The translations under genes and the position numbers were made by a program. This document shows, one piece after another, positions 19,646 to 29,495 of a DNA stretch of 64,000 nt. Origin of the DNA: a virus. Numbering within the stretch: position 1 is the first letter of the stretch; each line of letters begins with the position of its first letter. The DNA is taken from IMG/VR virus record IMGVR_UViG_3300043775_000777, positions 26,683-90,682 of that record. One strand, given 5' to 3'. Below the pieces are notes generated by a model, which was not told the origin of the DNA, did no database searches, and was given only the letters and a program-made list of their open reading frames with translations.

Positions 19646-20049
19646 TATTCTTCTGTTTTACTTAATAAATCTCCATCATGAAAATAATCTTCAGTTTCAG
19701 TAATTCTGATATGATTATTGATAACATATTTTCCTGAAGGAACACATATACCTACATCACCAAAACCACCTTCATTATTCCACCAGTCTTCTATATCATC
19801 AAGAAGTTTCTCAATAACAAACTCTTCAACTAAGTTATAAAGTTCCCTATCTAGATTACTTAATAAAAATTCATTATTCCAATCATCTACATAATCAATT
19901 ACATCTTCTGGAGTGTTACATGGATCTTTTGTAAAACCAATCCATTCTACGGAACCAGAGTCTCCAGCACCATCATACTTTACTTTAACACCAGTAACAT
20001 TCAAATCAGCCAACTGAAACAGGAGGCTTGTCAATTCTAATTCTGTCAT
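19645..20049 (-). CDS. DUF6878-like protein
   Basis: VKYDGAGDSG...WWNNEGGFG pattern. Confidence 0.65.
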   Translation of the reverse strand: MTELELTSLLFQLADLNVTGVKVKYDGAGDSGSVEWIGFTKDPCNTPEDVIDYVDDWNNEFLLSNLDRELYNLVEEFVIEKLLDDIEDWWNNEGGFGDVGICVPSGKYVINNHIRITETEDYFHDGDLLSKTEE

Positions 20050-20051
20050 AA

Positions 20052-20477
20052 CTATTTGATTTTATAAAACCTACCTAATATGTTTCCATTTAGGAATTCT
20101 TCTTTTTCAAGAACCTCTCTTGTAAACTGATACTTAGTCTCATAATATGTAAGTTCCATTTTGGAAAAACATATCTTAACCATAAACCTTTTAATCTTTA
20201 TACCAGCTTTGTGAGCTTCTTTAAGAACTGCATTACTACTATAATAGTTTTGATAACTGGGCTTAGTAACAGTCTCATACTTTTTAGTCCTTTTATCTGT
20301 TACTTGAGCCATAGCTTTTTTACCAAACTTTTTCTTTGTAATAGAGTAAAAGTTCTTCTTACCTACATATCTTACAGACTTTCCATTAATAACAGCTTCC
20401 ATCTCATACACAAAACCTACTGCTCCATCTGGAATCATGCTATCATTAAAAGGTCTTCCTTCATATAACCAGCTCAT
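20052..20477 (-). CDS. GIY-YIG-like nuclease
   Basis: GFVY...YVGKK...YYSSN...ELTYYE pattern. Confidence 0.55.
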   Translation of the reverse strand: MSWLYEGRPFNDSMIPDGAVGFVYEMEAVINGKSVRYVGKKNFYSITKKKFGKKAMAQVTDKRTKKYETVTKPSYQNYYSSNAVLKEAHKAGIKIKRFMVKICFSKMELTYYETKYQFTREVLEKEEFLNGNILGRFYKIK

Positions 20478-21454
20478 AATGCTTGTTTTAATAGTGAAAA
20501 TAACACATCTCTAACTTTATCTATACCATGCAGCTTAATAGAATCTGAAAGATCTTTTTCCATAGGTAGAATAATATAATTAAATCCATACATATGTTTG
20601 TATCTTTCAGCTGCTTTTATCCCCGGCTCATCATTATCAAATAGAACAATAATCTTCTGATAATGTCTTACAAACTCACTCATAGCTCTTTCACCTATCA
20701 TAGTATTCTCACTGTCCGGAGCAATTGCTTCAATATTATTAATACCTAGTCTATTAAAACACATTAGATCTTTAAGAGAAGAAGTAATTAGTAGATATTT
20801 ACTTTCATACTTAAGCTGATCCATACCTTGGATATAATTTTCAACCTTTATAAATTTCTTATCTGGTACCTTGGGCATGTAAATTTTGTATAAACTTCCA
20901 TCATTTCTAAAATAACCATATGTAAAAGGCTTTTTAAATACAAATGAAGTCATAGTACCATCTGTTTCTGTTTTTTCCATTGTAAAGAAATCTAAAGGAA
21001 CAACATTATATCTATCAAGGATACTAGATCCAATCTTAAAACCTATCCAGTAATCTTTATCTAAACTATTCCAGTGCCTCATCTCATAATCCACAACCTT
21101 AAACTTGTCATGTATTACTATTTCTCTCTTCTCAAGTACTGTATTGTTTTTAAGATATGCTTGATAGTCATTCATTATCTTCTTAGCTGCTTCACCTGGA
21201 GACAGGTTATACAACTGCTGAATCAAATTCCATGAGCTACCTTGATTACCTGAAGAAAAATCTTTGTGCTTATATCTATTAGATACAACATCAAAATAAA
21301 TAAACATAGAAGGAACTTTATCCTTTGAGTTAAATGCAGAAAGCATTTTTATATCTTGACCTGTAAGTTTTTCTTTTAGGTTTAAATAATATTCATAAAT
21401 CCATTCATCCGGTACATCTTTTATATCAGATATCAGTCCTTTGGTTGAAATCAT
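20474..21454 (-). CDS. DNA primase (TOPRIM)
   Basis: C-terminal LFDNDEPG...KDLSD TOPRIM motifs; lies next to SSB and helicase genes. Confidence 0.8.
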   Translation of the reverse strand: MISTKGLISDIKDVPDEWIYEYYLNLKEKLTGQDIKMLSAFNSKDKVPSMFIYFDVVSNRYKHKDFSSGNQGSSWNLIQQLYNLSPGEAAKKIMNDYQAYLKNNTVLEKREIVIHDKFKVVDYEMRHWNSLDKDYWIGFKIGSSILDRYNVVPLDFFTMEKTETDGTMTSFVFKKPFTYGYFRNDGSLYKIYMPKVPDKKFIKVENYIQGMDQLKYESKYLLITSSLKDLMCFNRLGINNIEAIAPDSENTMIGERAMSEFVRHYQKIIVLFDNDEPGIKAAERYKHMYGFNYIILPMEKDLSDSIKLHGIDKVRDVLFSLLKQAL

Positions 21455-21469
21455 AACACATAATTAAAT

Positions 21470-21501
21470 AAAAAAGGGGCCAGAAGTATTAACTGACCCC
21501 T
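21470..21501 (-). terminator. Intrinsic terminator
   Basis: GGGGTCAG/CTGGCCCC stem plus U-tract on the - strand. Confidence 0.65.
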
Positions 21502-21515
21502 CTTGACTAGTTTAA

Positions 21516-22202
21516 TTAGTCTAAGCTGAAATCAGTAGAAGTTTTATTTGGGATGGTTAAATCATCATCATCTCCAAAATTCTTAACTTCTTGCACTTCT
21601 TGTTTCTTTAAGTGAATACTTTCATCAAAAGTTAATACTTTACCATCTTTAGTACTACCATAAGCATACTTACCTTTATCTGCTTTTGGAAGATACAAGT
21701 TATAGTTAGTATAACCATTCTTGTCAACATATTCTCTACCTGCAACACAGAAGTTTAAATAGATATCTTTAAACGGTGCAGATTTATTGAAAGCAATTAC
21801 AAAGTCATCAATAGTAGCATGTAAATCATCTTGACTTTCAAACCATTGAGAAATGCCAAGATTATTACAAAGACTTTTAAGAAATAACATAAGTGATTTA
21901 TCTCTCTCAATCTTAATTCCACCTTTAGTAACACCATCAGCATAAGCATACATACTTGCTTTTACTTTACCTACTTGACCTGCATGTCTTCCTAAACTTT
22001 CATTGTCTTTATCAATATAAAAACCTTCAAAACCATCAATTGGTTCAGTTTCTACATGTAAAAGCAAATGCTTTGCACCTTCAATAAAGCTAAAATCTTC
22101 AAGCTCTAGCTTGTTAATCTTAAGTGTGACATTTCCAGGTGAAATTGTTTTAGGAAGCCCTCCGCCTCCACTAGTTACTAGGTCTTTTGTACTTAATCCC
22201 AT
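21516..22202 (-). CDS. Putative single-stranded DNA-binding protein
   Basis: Between the recombinase-like ATPase and primase; beta-rich with an acidic/aromatic tail. Confidence 0.45.
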   Translation of the reverse strand: MGLSTKDLVTSGGGGLPKTISPGNVTLKINKLELEDFSFIEGAKHLLLHVETEPIDGFEGFYIDKDNESLGRHAGQVGKVKASMYAYADGVTKGGIKIERDKSLMLFLKSLCNNLGISQWFESQDDLHATIDDFVIAFNKSAPFKDIYLNFCVAGREYVDKNGYTNYNLYLPKADKGKYAYGSTKDGKVLTFDESIHLKKQEVQEVKNFGDDDDLTIPNKTSTDFSLD

Positions 22203-22213
22203 TGTTATTTATT

Positions 22214-22939
22214 TTAATTATTAATGAATACTTTGTCCCATGAAGTTGTTAAAACTCCACTCTCTGAATCTGTAATTACTATCTCTTGATTTCTCAAATG
22301 ATCCGGTCTTGCACCGCAAGTTACTTCTTCACTAGTTTTGAAACTTAAAATAGTTTTGTTTCCTTTTCTATACATATAACCAATTGCATCAGCATTTGCA
22401 CAGATTAAAGATTTGATTTTACCTGTCAAATCAATGTTTGCAGACATAACCATCTCACCTTTATCATCAACTACCTTGTCTTTAATGTGACCAGATAAAA
22501 TAATGTGGGGTGCTAAGGTATCAATAAAATCTAAAACCTGGAAAAATGCTTCACGGATATATAAATATCCAGCACCATTTGGCAATGTAGAAACAGTATC
22601 ACCACTGAAGCTCTTTCCCATCGGTGTAGCCCGATAAAGCTTAATTGCAAGCGGTTGTATCATACTCTCTAACGCAGTGACAGTATCTATAGTAACATAC
22701 TTATAGGGTTTACCTGCTTCTTTAATTGCTTTACCGGCATCTAATAACTCTTGTAGACTATTAACTTTAATCTTAAGAGCATCTACATAATCAGAACCAT
22801 TTTCTAAATCTATAATCAGATTGTTTTCTAATCCTGCAAATGCAGTTGTCTTACCAGTCTTTGGCTTTGAATAAATCAGTAATCTCTTTGGATTAACCTG
22901 AGTTGCCTTTACTTTACTTGTTGGAAGTACTATACTCAT
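22214..22939 (-). CDS. Sak4/AAA_24-like ATPase (ssDNA annealing)
   Basis: YSKPKTGKTT Walker A, IDLENG, IDTVT, ILSGH and ADAIGY motifs. Confidence 0.75.
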   Translation of the reverse strand: MSIVLPTSKVKATQVNPKRLLIYSKPKTGKTTAFAGLENNLIIDLENGSDYVDALKIKVNSLQELLDAGKAIKEAGKPYKYVTIDTVTALESMIQPLAIKLYRATPMGKSFSGDTVSTLPNGAGYLYIREAFFQVLDFIDTLAPHIILSGHIKDKVVDDKGEMVMSANIDLTGKIKSLICANADAIGYMYRKGNKTILSFKTSEEVTCGARPDHLRNQEIVITDSESGVLTTSWDKVFINN

Positions 22940-23610
22940 ATTTCACTTTTTGTATGTTTTTTAATCAAATCATTCAGCCAAGGTTTAGCACTTACCGGTT
23001 CCATCAGCATAATTGCTGCTAAATCTCTAATAGTTGCTTCACTTAAAGGTACATCAGCAATTTCTACATTGTTTGTATCCGCCTCTACTTTTAAATCAGA
23101 ACCAACTTCTGCCTCAAAATCAGGAAATAAAGACTGTTGTAGTCTTGGCAGTTTGATATTTTCAACTGCAGATTCAGCAGGAGCGGTACCCGCATCTTTT
23201 CTTTTCTGATATACATTATAAGGTATCTCAGTTCCATCTTTAAGAACAGCACGCAATTCAGTTACAGGAATAGTATAAAGTTTATAAGGCTCACCTTTAT
23301 AGTTTACACCTTCTTTCATCTCATACTCTTCTCCATAATAAGGATTGTTTCTGTACTTAAATAATTGTCTGTCAGAATTAAAAGGCACAATATCCTTAAT
23401 ATTGTCATTTTCATCTTTAACATTGTCATAGAACTCTATGTATATATCAAGCTCCTTAGTTATTTCAGACGCAAAAAGCTGAAATTGCCTTTCTGCTTTA
23501 CCTTTTACAAAGTAAGCTGTCTTAATAACAAATGTAGGATCTGCTATTCCATGAGCTCTAAATGTCTCCAAGTGTTCTGCAAAAAACTCTTTTTCTTTTT
23601 CTTTTCTCAT
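22936..23610 (-). CDS. Hypothetical protein
   Basis: 224-aa ORF overlapping the next start. Confidence 0.7.
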   Translation of the reverse strand: MRKEKEKEFFAEHLETFRAHGIADPTFVIKTAYFVKGKAERQFQLFASEITKELDIYIEFYDNVKDENDNIKDIVPFNSDRQLFKYRNNPYYGEEYEMKEGVNYKGEPYKLYTIPVTELRAVLKDGTEIPYNVYQKRKDAGTAPAESAVENIKLPRLQQSLFPDFEAEVGSDLKVEADTNNVEIADVPLSEATIRDLAAIMLMEPVSAKPWLNDLIKKHTKSEI

Positions 23611-23624
23611 ACTCTATTTACATT

Positions 23625-24626
23625 TTAAATTGATACTTTTTTTGTAGCTTGTGCTGGTGTGTCTATCTCTACAATCCTCATGATTGTTCTATCTAGCTTA
23701 AAGAAGCTCATCCTTGTGGTACCATTTCTAGATTTTAGAAAATGAAAGACTAATAAGTCTTCATCATTTATAATATATCTATCAGGACCATACTGTCTTA
23801 TTTTTCTTAGAGAGGGTTTATTTATACCTAAGACTACATCCGCATGCTGCAATAAAGCATCTGACCCATATATATCTGAATCCAATACATAATTTCCATA
23901 CTCACCGTCCCTCTGTCTTTCTACATTATCTATGTTTCTGTTAAGCTGACTTAACACTACAAAAGCTACCGGATAGTTTTTTTTCATCATAGTGAGTGCC
24001 TTGCCTAATGCTGAGAGCATCTCAAAGTCATCCTTTTGGTTCTTTGCTTTTGCAAATAATGTTGAGTGATCTATACCTACAAGCATATTCATATATGTTC
24101 CATCTGGCTTCTTAAACTTTTCCATTTCATAATGAATAGTTGCACACATTTCATCAACATTACAAGTGTCATATAGAACTCTAGTAATATCATTTTCTAC
24201 AGATTTCTCATAATACTCAACACATTTGTCATAGATTGCTTTATCTACCTTCACTCCATCTTTACTCATTAATGTATTGTAATCAGCACCGGTTTCTAAA
24301 CTAAGTTTTCTTACTCCGCTAGTTTCATCTACCATCTCAAACTGAAACTTAAGTATTCTAAATTCTTGATCAGGATTTTGGTCTATTATGTCACTAAATA
24401 ACTGTTCTAAGAATAAGGTTTTACCTGTTCCAGGTCTAGCACCAACTACGGTGATAGTTCTCCATTCTAATCCATCACAAAAAGCATCATTAAATTTGGG
24501 CCATGCACTTTTAAGAGATTTAATATCTCCATTTCTTCTGCCTTTCATCTTAAGGATTGCTTTTCTTAGTGAGTCTCTTTCACTTACAGGCAGCAAAGGC
24601 CTGGCTCCATTAAATAATTCTGCCAT
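23625..24626 (-). CDS. dnaB: DnaB-like replicative helicase
   Basis: GARPGTGKT, IDH, LSQLNR, SDxxxQHAD and KSRNG motifs. Confidence 0.92.
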   Translation of the reverse strand: MAELFNGARPLLPVSERDSLRKAILKMKGRRNGDIKSLKSAWPKFNDAFCDGLEWRTITVVGARPGTGKTLFLEQLFSDIIDQNPDQEFRILKFQFEMVDETSGVRKLSLETGADYNTLMSKDGVKVDKAIYDKCVEYYEKSVENDITRVLYDTCNVDEMCATIHYEMEKFKKPDGTYMNMLVGIDHSTLFAKAKNQKDDFEMLSALGKALTMMKKNYPVAFVVLSQLNRNIDNVERQRDGEYGNYVLDSDIYGSDALLQHADVVLGINKPSLRKIRQYGPDRYIINDEDLLVFHFLKSRNGTTRMSFFKLDRTIMRIVEIDTPAQATKKVSI

Positions 24627-24630
24627 ATTG

Positions 24631-24807
24631 TTATTGATTTTCTATTCTACTATTTTTCACTTGGTTATACACCTCATGTAATAATGTAATCAGCAATTCA
24701 ATTAAGAAATACTTCCAAAAAGGCATAGATATAATAAATAAATCCACTATACTATAACCAATTGCTGTTCCTAATATTGCTATAATTATTAAAATTCCTT
24801 TTGTCAT
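24631..24807 (-). CDS. Small membrane protein (58 aa)
   Basis: Hand translation MTKGILIIIAILGTAIGYSIVDLFIISMPFWKYFLIELL...; ATGA-type overlap with the upstream gene. Confidence 0.6.
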   Translation of the reverse strand: MTKGILIIIAILGTAIGYSIVDLFIISMPFWKYFLIELLITLLHEVYNQVKNSRIENQ

Positions 24808-25400
24808 ACTACTCTTTCTTTAAAATAAGAACCACCTTCTCCATCAAGGGTTGTGTTTAATAACTGACAATATGTTGCTAGATCAGATTCAAAAGTCTTA
24901 TCTAAATTTTGTCTTCTTATGAAATACTGAGAGTTTCTCATATACTCATAATTTCTGACACTAAATTCATCAACATATTTTTCAGTAGCTTTTAGGATTG
25001 TTTCCCAGTCATAATCATAATTCTCAAAGAACCATTTAAAAGCACCTTCAAGATTCTTGGGATTAACTCTAGCATATTTACCGGAGTTAAGTTTCCTATT
25101 AGGAAATATTTCTACATATTCCTGTATCTTCTCTAAGAAGCCATCTCCCATTAAATCTCTAAGTGTTTTCTTTTTAGTTCTCTTGAAGAACCCGTTAATT
25201 TCCTCCATAAAGATAAGACTTTTACTTGTAAGTTGCAAGTTTTCATCTATCCAATGATCTTGTTGCAGTCTTTTGCACTCAAGTTCTTTATTGATAAAAT
25301 TATGAGGTATTATTTTTTCTCTTATGCAATGCAAAACATAGTATGTGTTTGGTGTTAGGTTCTCTTTTATCAACCTTTGAAATATCTCTGTCATTACCAA
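24804..25400 (-). CDS. Hypothetical protein, possible helicase loader/initiator
   Basis: Directly upstream of the dnaB-like gene; function inferred from position only. Confidence 0.5.
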   Translation of the reverse strand: MVMTEIFQRLIKENLTPNTYYVLHCIREKIIPHNFINKELECKRLQQDHWIDENLQLTSKSLIFMEEINGFFKRTKKKTLRDLMGDGFLEKIQEYVEIFPNRKLNSGKYARVNPKNLEGAFKWFFENYDYDWETILKATEKYVDEFSVRNYEYMRNSQYFIRRQNLDKTFESDLATYCQLLNTTLDGEGGSYFKERVV

Positions 25401-26107
25401 GTAATTTTTGCATTAAACTGTCTTTCTACAACTTCATTAATCTTAACAAACAGGTTATCTGAGTTCCATCTCTCCTGCTGATTATATGCAGCACTGGCTG
25501 GATGGCTTACAAAAAACTTATAGTTGTTATCATTAACGGCTTCAGACCATTCTTGAGCTTGTTTACCCATATATACATATATAAGTCCGGCTTCATTCCA
25601 TGTTAAATAATCAAACAGATAAGCCATAAAAGGTTTCCATATATTGTAATGCTGCCCTATCTTACCTACTGTAGTTGTAAGAGCTGTATTAACTAATAGT
25701 ACACCTTGTTCTGCCCATCTTGTTAAATCTGTATCAAGACTACCAGGATGTCCATTGTAAACAGTTCTGTTTACTTCATCTAATAAATACCTAAGACTAG
25801 GTTGTAACTCTTTAGTATTGCTACAGCTAAAAGCTATACCATCAGCAACACCAATTTGAGGATACGGATCCTGCCCTACTATAACTACCTTAAGTTCATT
25901 TACAGGACATTCTTCAAATGCTCTAAACATTTGTTTTAATGGCGGAGTAAATCTTCTACCATCCATAGATAACCTAGCTAACTCTGTAATGATTTTATCA
26001 AACTCTGCACTATATATAAAACTTCTTAGTTTTGTTGACCATCCGGAGTTTTCTAATCTAGCATACAGTTTATCCTTAATTTCCTCTAAATCTAGTTTCT
26101 GATTCAT
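25394..26107 (-). CDS. ung: Uracil-DNA glycosylase (family 1)
   Basis: GQDPY, QPSL, GVLLVN and SHPAS motifs. Confidence 0.93.
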   Translation of the reverse strand: MNQKLDLEEIKDKLYARLENSGWSTKLRSFIYSAEFDKIITELARLSMDGRRFTPPLKQMFRAFEECPVNELKVVIVGQDPYPQIGVADGIAFSCSNTKELQPSLRYLLDEVNRTVYNGHPGSLDTDLTRWAEQGVLLVNTALTTTVGKIGQHYNIWKPFMAYLFDYLTWNEAGLIYVYMGKQAQEWSEAVNDNNYKFFVSHPASAAYNQQERWNSDNLFVKINEVVERQFNAKITW

Positions 26108-26138
26108 ATTTTATTTATTTTTGTTTAAAACTAACACA

Positions 26139-26450
26139 ATGGCAATAAAAGTTAAAGAACTAAAAGATGATGCTATCATTGAAGTAAAAGTCAATAAAAA
26201 CTATTACTTAATGGTAAAATCAGTTCTTCTTCATCTAGTAAGTTTAATTACAGCTGAAGATAAAGATGCTTACATTAAAGAAGCAATCAGTAAAGAATAT
26301 AAAGACTTAGATGAAATTCAAAGATCTTTCTATACTCTTTCTTTATTACTAGCTGAAATAGAACAAGTTGCTAAAACCAAAGAACTCTTTGTAGAAAAAG
26401 AAGTTCTTGAGCCTGGTGATGAAGGTTATGTAGCTCCTAAGCTAGATTAA
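26139..26450 (+). CDS. Hypothetical protein; lone + strand gene in the - strand block
   Basis: Protein-like composition; ATG at 26139 with A-rich leader; TATTTTTG (TAnnTTTG) at 26116-26123. Confidence 0.7.
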   Translation: MAIKVKELKDDAIIEVKVNKNYYLMVKSVLLHLVSLITAEDKDAYIKEAISKEYKDLDEIQRSFYTLSLLLAEIEQVAKTKELFVEKEVLEPGDEGYVAPKLD

Positions 26451-26811
26451 TATTATAAATCTTTCCTACTTCCACACAAGCTTCAATAGCTAAAGCTAAT
26501 TCATCTTTACTACAATCTGCAAATGATTTACATATTGTAGCCTCTCCTGCTTCATAACATAATCCTGATCTTTCTTTAATCAACACTTTCATTTCTTCAA
26601 AGGTATAGCCAGATTCTTTGGCTAATTCTCTTATACATGCGTGCACTTTTGCCAATTGTGCTACACTGTGGTCAGCATCTGCTAAACCAATATACATTTC
26701 TACTTTCTGTCCTTCTGGAATCTTATCCAAAAAGATTTGATAAGCTAACTTAGATTGATCATCCGGATATGTCAGCTTACCATCTTTCTTAACTAATTTA
26801 ACTGATAACAT
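26437..26811 (-). CDS. NinB/YbcN-like recombination protein
   Basis: SxAQLAKVHACIRELA...KSFADCSKDEL pattern. Confidence 0.55.
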   Translation of the reverse strand: MLSVKLVKKDGKLTYPDDQSKLAYQIFLDKIPEGQKVEMYIGLADADHSVAQLAKVHACIRELAKESGYTFEEMKVLIKERSGLCYEAGEATICKSFADCSKDELALAIEACVEVGKIYNINLA

Positions 26812-26812
26812 A

Positions 26813-27064
26813 TTAACAAGTTATATTATCAATCATTTCTACAAATTGCATAAAATGATCTTTTGAGGTTATTCTAATTGCTGGTATATCCCAACATTTA
26901 ACTATCCAATTATTATCTTCTACATCAATACTATCTGTGCTATATAAAACTATATTGTCACAAAGTTCTTTATTGTAATAATAATAATCATATCCATTCT
27001 GACTTTCATCATCTTGAATTAATATTTTTTCAAATCCTAATTCTATTAAATCTTCTTCTGTCAT
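26813..27064 (-). CDS. Hypothetical protein
   Basis: 83-aa ORF (MTEEDLIELGF...). Confidence 0.65.
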   Translation of the reverse strand: MTEEDLIELGFEKILIQDDESQNGYDYYYYNKELCDNIVLYSTDSIDVEDNNWIVKCWDIPAIRITSKDHFMQFVEMIDNITC

Positions 27065-27483
27065 TTGTTTGCTAATTTAATTAAGAAATCTGCTGGATTC
27101 AGAACTTCTTGTGAATAATTTTGCCGGGCATAGTCATAGCCTTTATAATCCATTAAAGCTCCAAACTTAGCATGTCTTTCTTTCATATAGTGTTTGACTA
27201 TCTGTACTACAATATAAAAGTTATCCTTATCTTCTGATATCATCATATTATATACATTTTCTACTTCATCAGCAGTAATTAAACCTAAGAGTTTATTAAG
27301 CTTTAATTCAGCATAAAACATAAACTTTCTATACTGCCCATGATATGGACCGGAAGAATATAAGTTAAAAGTATAACTCATATTAGTATCCACATTCTTT
27401 AACAACTCATAATGATCAGAACAAATAGCTACACAAAGTTTGCTTAGCTCTTTATCTTCTCTTTTACCCATTATTGATCCCAA
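27061..27483 (-). CDS. Hypothetical protein (NMMISEDKDN motif)
   Basis: 140-aa ORF sharing a motif with 18903-19304. Confidence 0.65.
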   Translation of the reverse strand: MGSIMGKREDKELSKLCVAICSDHYELLKNVDTNMSYTFNLYSSGPYHGQYRKFMFYAELKLNKLLGLITADEVENVYNMMISEDKDNFYIVVQIVKHYMKERHAKFGALMDYKGYDYARQNYSQEVLNPADFLIKLANK

Positions 27484-27571
27484 TTATTTTCATCATCATC
27501 TCTTAAAGAAAATATTATAAGACCTGCTGATACTAATACTATCACTGTAACTATTGCTATTGTACTCATAA

Positions 27572-27859
27572 TTATCTGTTTATAAATTTAATTGCTCCAT
27601 TAAAATGATCTACTGTATCAAAAAATCTTTGAGGATTAGTCTCAGCATAATCTAAAATACTGTTTATTGCAAGCTCATAATCATCATCAAGCTCCATTAC
27701 AACTGCCATAAAGTGCATGTTAGTCATAGGTTCACTAAAGCTTATAGTTATAGGACATTCATTATGTAATTTTATATAAAATCCTTCTAAGATTCTGTGT
27801 TGTTTAAATCCATACTTTTTTAAAACCCTCTTAACTTTTTTAACTTCTTCTGCTGTCAT
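27572..27859 (-). CDS. Hypothetical protein
   Basis: 95-aa ORF, KYGF N-terminal motif. Confidence 0.65.
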   Translation of the reverse strand: MTAEEVKKVKRVLKKYGFKQHRILEGFYIKLHNECPITISFSEPMTNMHFMAVVMELDDDYELAINSILDYAETNPQRFFDTVDHFNGAIKFINR

Positions 27860-28125
27860 ACCCTTGCAAATTGAAATAATGCTACTAATTTACCATACTC
27901 TTTCATTACCCACTCTGGAGTAAATATAGCTTCATGACCAGTAAGTAAAACAATAACATTATCAGTTACAGACATTTTTATATTTGCATACCAGTTATTG
28001 GCATAAAGTAATACAAATTCAACACTAATATCTTTATACATATATTTATGATGATTATTACTGTTTCTATAAAACCCATACTTCACAAGCTTCTTACCTA
28101 TTAGTTCTGTATCTCTAAGTGTCAT
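27856..28125 (-). CDS. Hypothetical protein
   Basis: 89-aa ORF, KYGF N-terminal motif, ATGA overlap. Confidence 0.65.
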   Translation of the reverse strand: MTLRDTELIGKKLVKYGFYRNSNNHHKYMYKDISVEFVLLYANNWYANIKMSVTDNVIVLLTGHEAIFTPEWVMKEYGKLVALFQFARV

Positions 28126-28140
28126 ACATATTATTCTGAT

Positions 28141-28290
28141 TTAAATGTTACTATCTTTCCACTCCTTCCATGTATCAAAGTCTTGTAACTTATCTAACAT
28201 CCATTTAGCACCTGCTATAAAATCATTATAGTACCTATTGTTGTTGTCTTCTTCTACATACTTTTCAGCAGCTTCTTCAAGTTCTTCCAT
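28141..28290 (-). CDS. Small hypothetical protein (49 aa)
   Basis: Hand translation MEELEEAAEKY...DFIAGAKW... Confidence 0.6.
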   Translation of the reverse strand: MEELEEAAEKYVEEDNNNRYYNDFIAGAKWMLDKLQDFDTWKEWKDSNI

Positions 28291-28291
28291 T

Positions 28292-28513
28292 CTATTCCAT
28301 TGTTAGGTTATTATCAGATACAATCTCCCGGATTTTATCTCTTAATTCTTCATAAGTATTATATACTTTAGGAGGTAGTTTTTCATTATACTTAAGTTCA
28401 TTTCTTAAGTGCTGATCTAATTCCCACATAGCGTGTTTCCATTTCCAACCATCTAAGGCTACTCTAGCATCTTCTGCTGCATCTTCATCAGAAAATTTAA
28501 TAATTACTTCCAT
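28292..28513 (-). CDS. Hypothetical protein
   Basis: Likely start MEVIIKF at 28513, abutting the upstream stop. Confidence 0.65.
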   Translation of the reverse strand: MEVIIKFSDEDAAEDARVALDGWKWKHAMWELDQHLRNELKYNEKLPPKVYNTYEELRDKIREIVSDNNLTME

Positions 28514-28514
28514 A

Positions 28515-28709
28515 TTACTTGTTTTTTCTTTGGTCCCAGTAATCAATAAAAAATCCTGCGGCAACTATTAAGTTCATACCGCAGGAAGCTATAATCTCAA
28601 TAGCATCTTCATAGATAGTACTCAACAAATGTATGTGACCTACTGTCCAAAAAGGTATGGCTAAGTTTTGGCTTATCCAAACTATAAGATATTTAATAAA
28701 ATGTTTCAA
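28515..28709 (-). CDS. Small membrane protein
   Basis: Two hydrophobic segments. Confidence 0.6.
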   Translation of the reverse strand: MKHFIKYLIVWISQNLAIPFWTVGHIHLLSTIYEDAIEIIASCGMNLIVAAGFFIDYWDQRKNK

Positions 28710-29123
28710 TTACTGTAATGCTTCAAGTATTTTATCTAAGTTCTTATTAGTAAGATAGAAACTAGTTCCAGAGCTAGACATAAAAGCCATACTAGAACCT
28801 GTCTTTAAGAACCAAGTCTTTCCATCTAATTCAAGAGTTAACTCTTTCTTTTCTATAATAGCCTGCTTTAAGATATTAAAGAACTCTATTGTATTTTCTT
28901 TTGAACCTAATGATATATAATCTACATCAGTGATGTATTGATACTCAAGATTCTTATAATACAATGTATACCAATTACTTTCAGCATCATAGAAGTGAGT
29001 TAGTTTTGGTAATACTGTAAGTTTGTTATACCATACTGTACTATCCTTTGTTGTTTCTTTAACAACAATTTGTGAATGTGCTGCACCTGTTGACAACAAC
29101 AATAATAATAATAACTTTTTCAT
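28710..29123 (-). CDS. Secreted/periplasmic protein
   Basis: Signal peptide MKKLLLLLLLSTGAAHSQ, with a Gln after the predicted cleavage site as typical in Bacteroidota. Confidence 0.7.
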   Translation of the reverse strand: MKKLLLLLLLSTGAAHSQIVVKETTKDSTVWYNKLTVLPKLTHFYDAESNWYTLYYKNLEYQYITDVDYISLGSKENTIEFFNILKQAIIEKKELTLELDGKTWFLKTGSSMAFMSSSGTSFYLTNKNLDKILEALQ

Positions 29124-29138
29124 AATTTATAAAGTGCT

Positions 29139-29495
29139 TTATTGTAAAGATGAAAGACTATCCATTTCTTTTGCTAATTTATCAGATTGTATTTTTATTT
29201 CAGCAATAACTTTATTTAAACTATCAGATTTTAATGATAATTTATTTACATCTTCTACCGCATCTATATATGTTTGACTATTATGGTCTGCACCAACACC
29301 ATCTAATCTAATTACAAATTGTTGTCTATCAGATTTTAATTGTTCTACATACATTGCACGGTCTAATAAAGCTGCTGTTTTATCAGTTAGTTCTGAATAT
29401 TTTTTCTTTTTTAAATCAATTTGTTCTTGAATTGAATTGCTATTGCAAGATCCTAATACTATAATACTGCTTGCAAAATAAAATAACTTTTTCAT
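29139..29495 (-). CDS. Coiled-coil lipoprotein
   Basis: Lipobox VLGSC after a hydrophobic N-terminus. Confidence 0.65.
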   Translation of the reverse strand: MKKLFYFASSIIVLGSCNSNSIQEQIDLKKKKYSELTDKTAALLDRAMYVEQLKSDRQQFVIRLDGVGADHNSQTYIDAVEDVNKLSLKSDSLNKVIAEIKIQSDKLAKEMDSLSSLQ

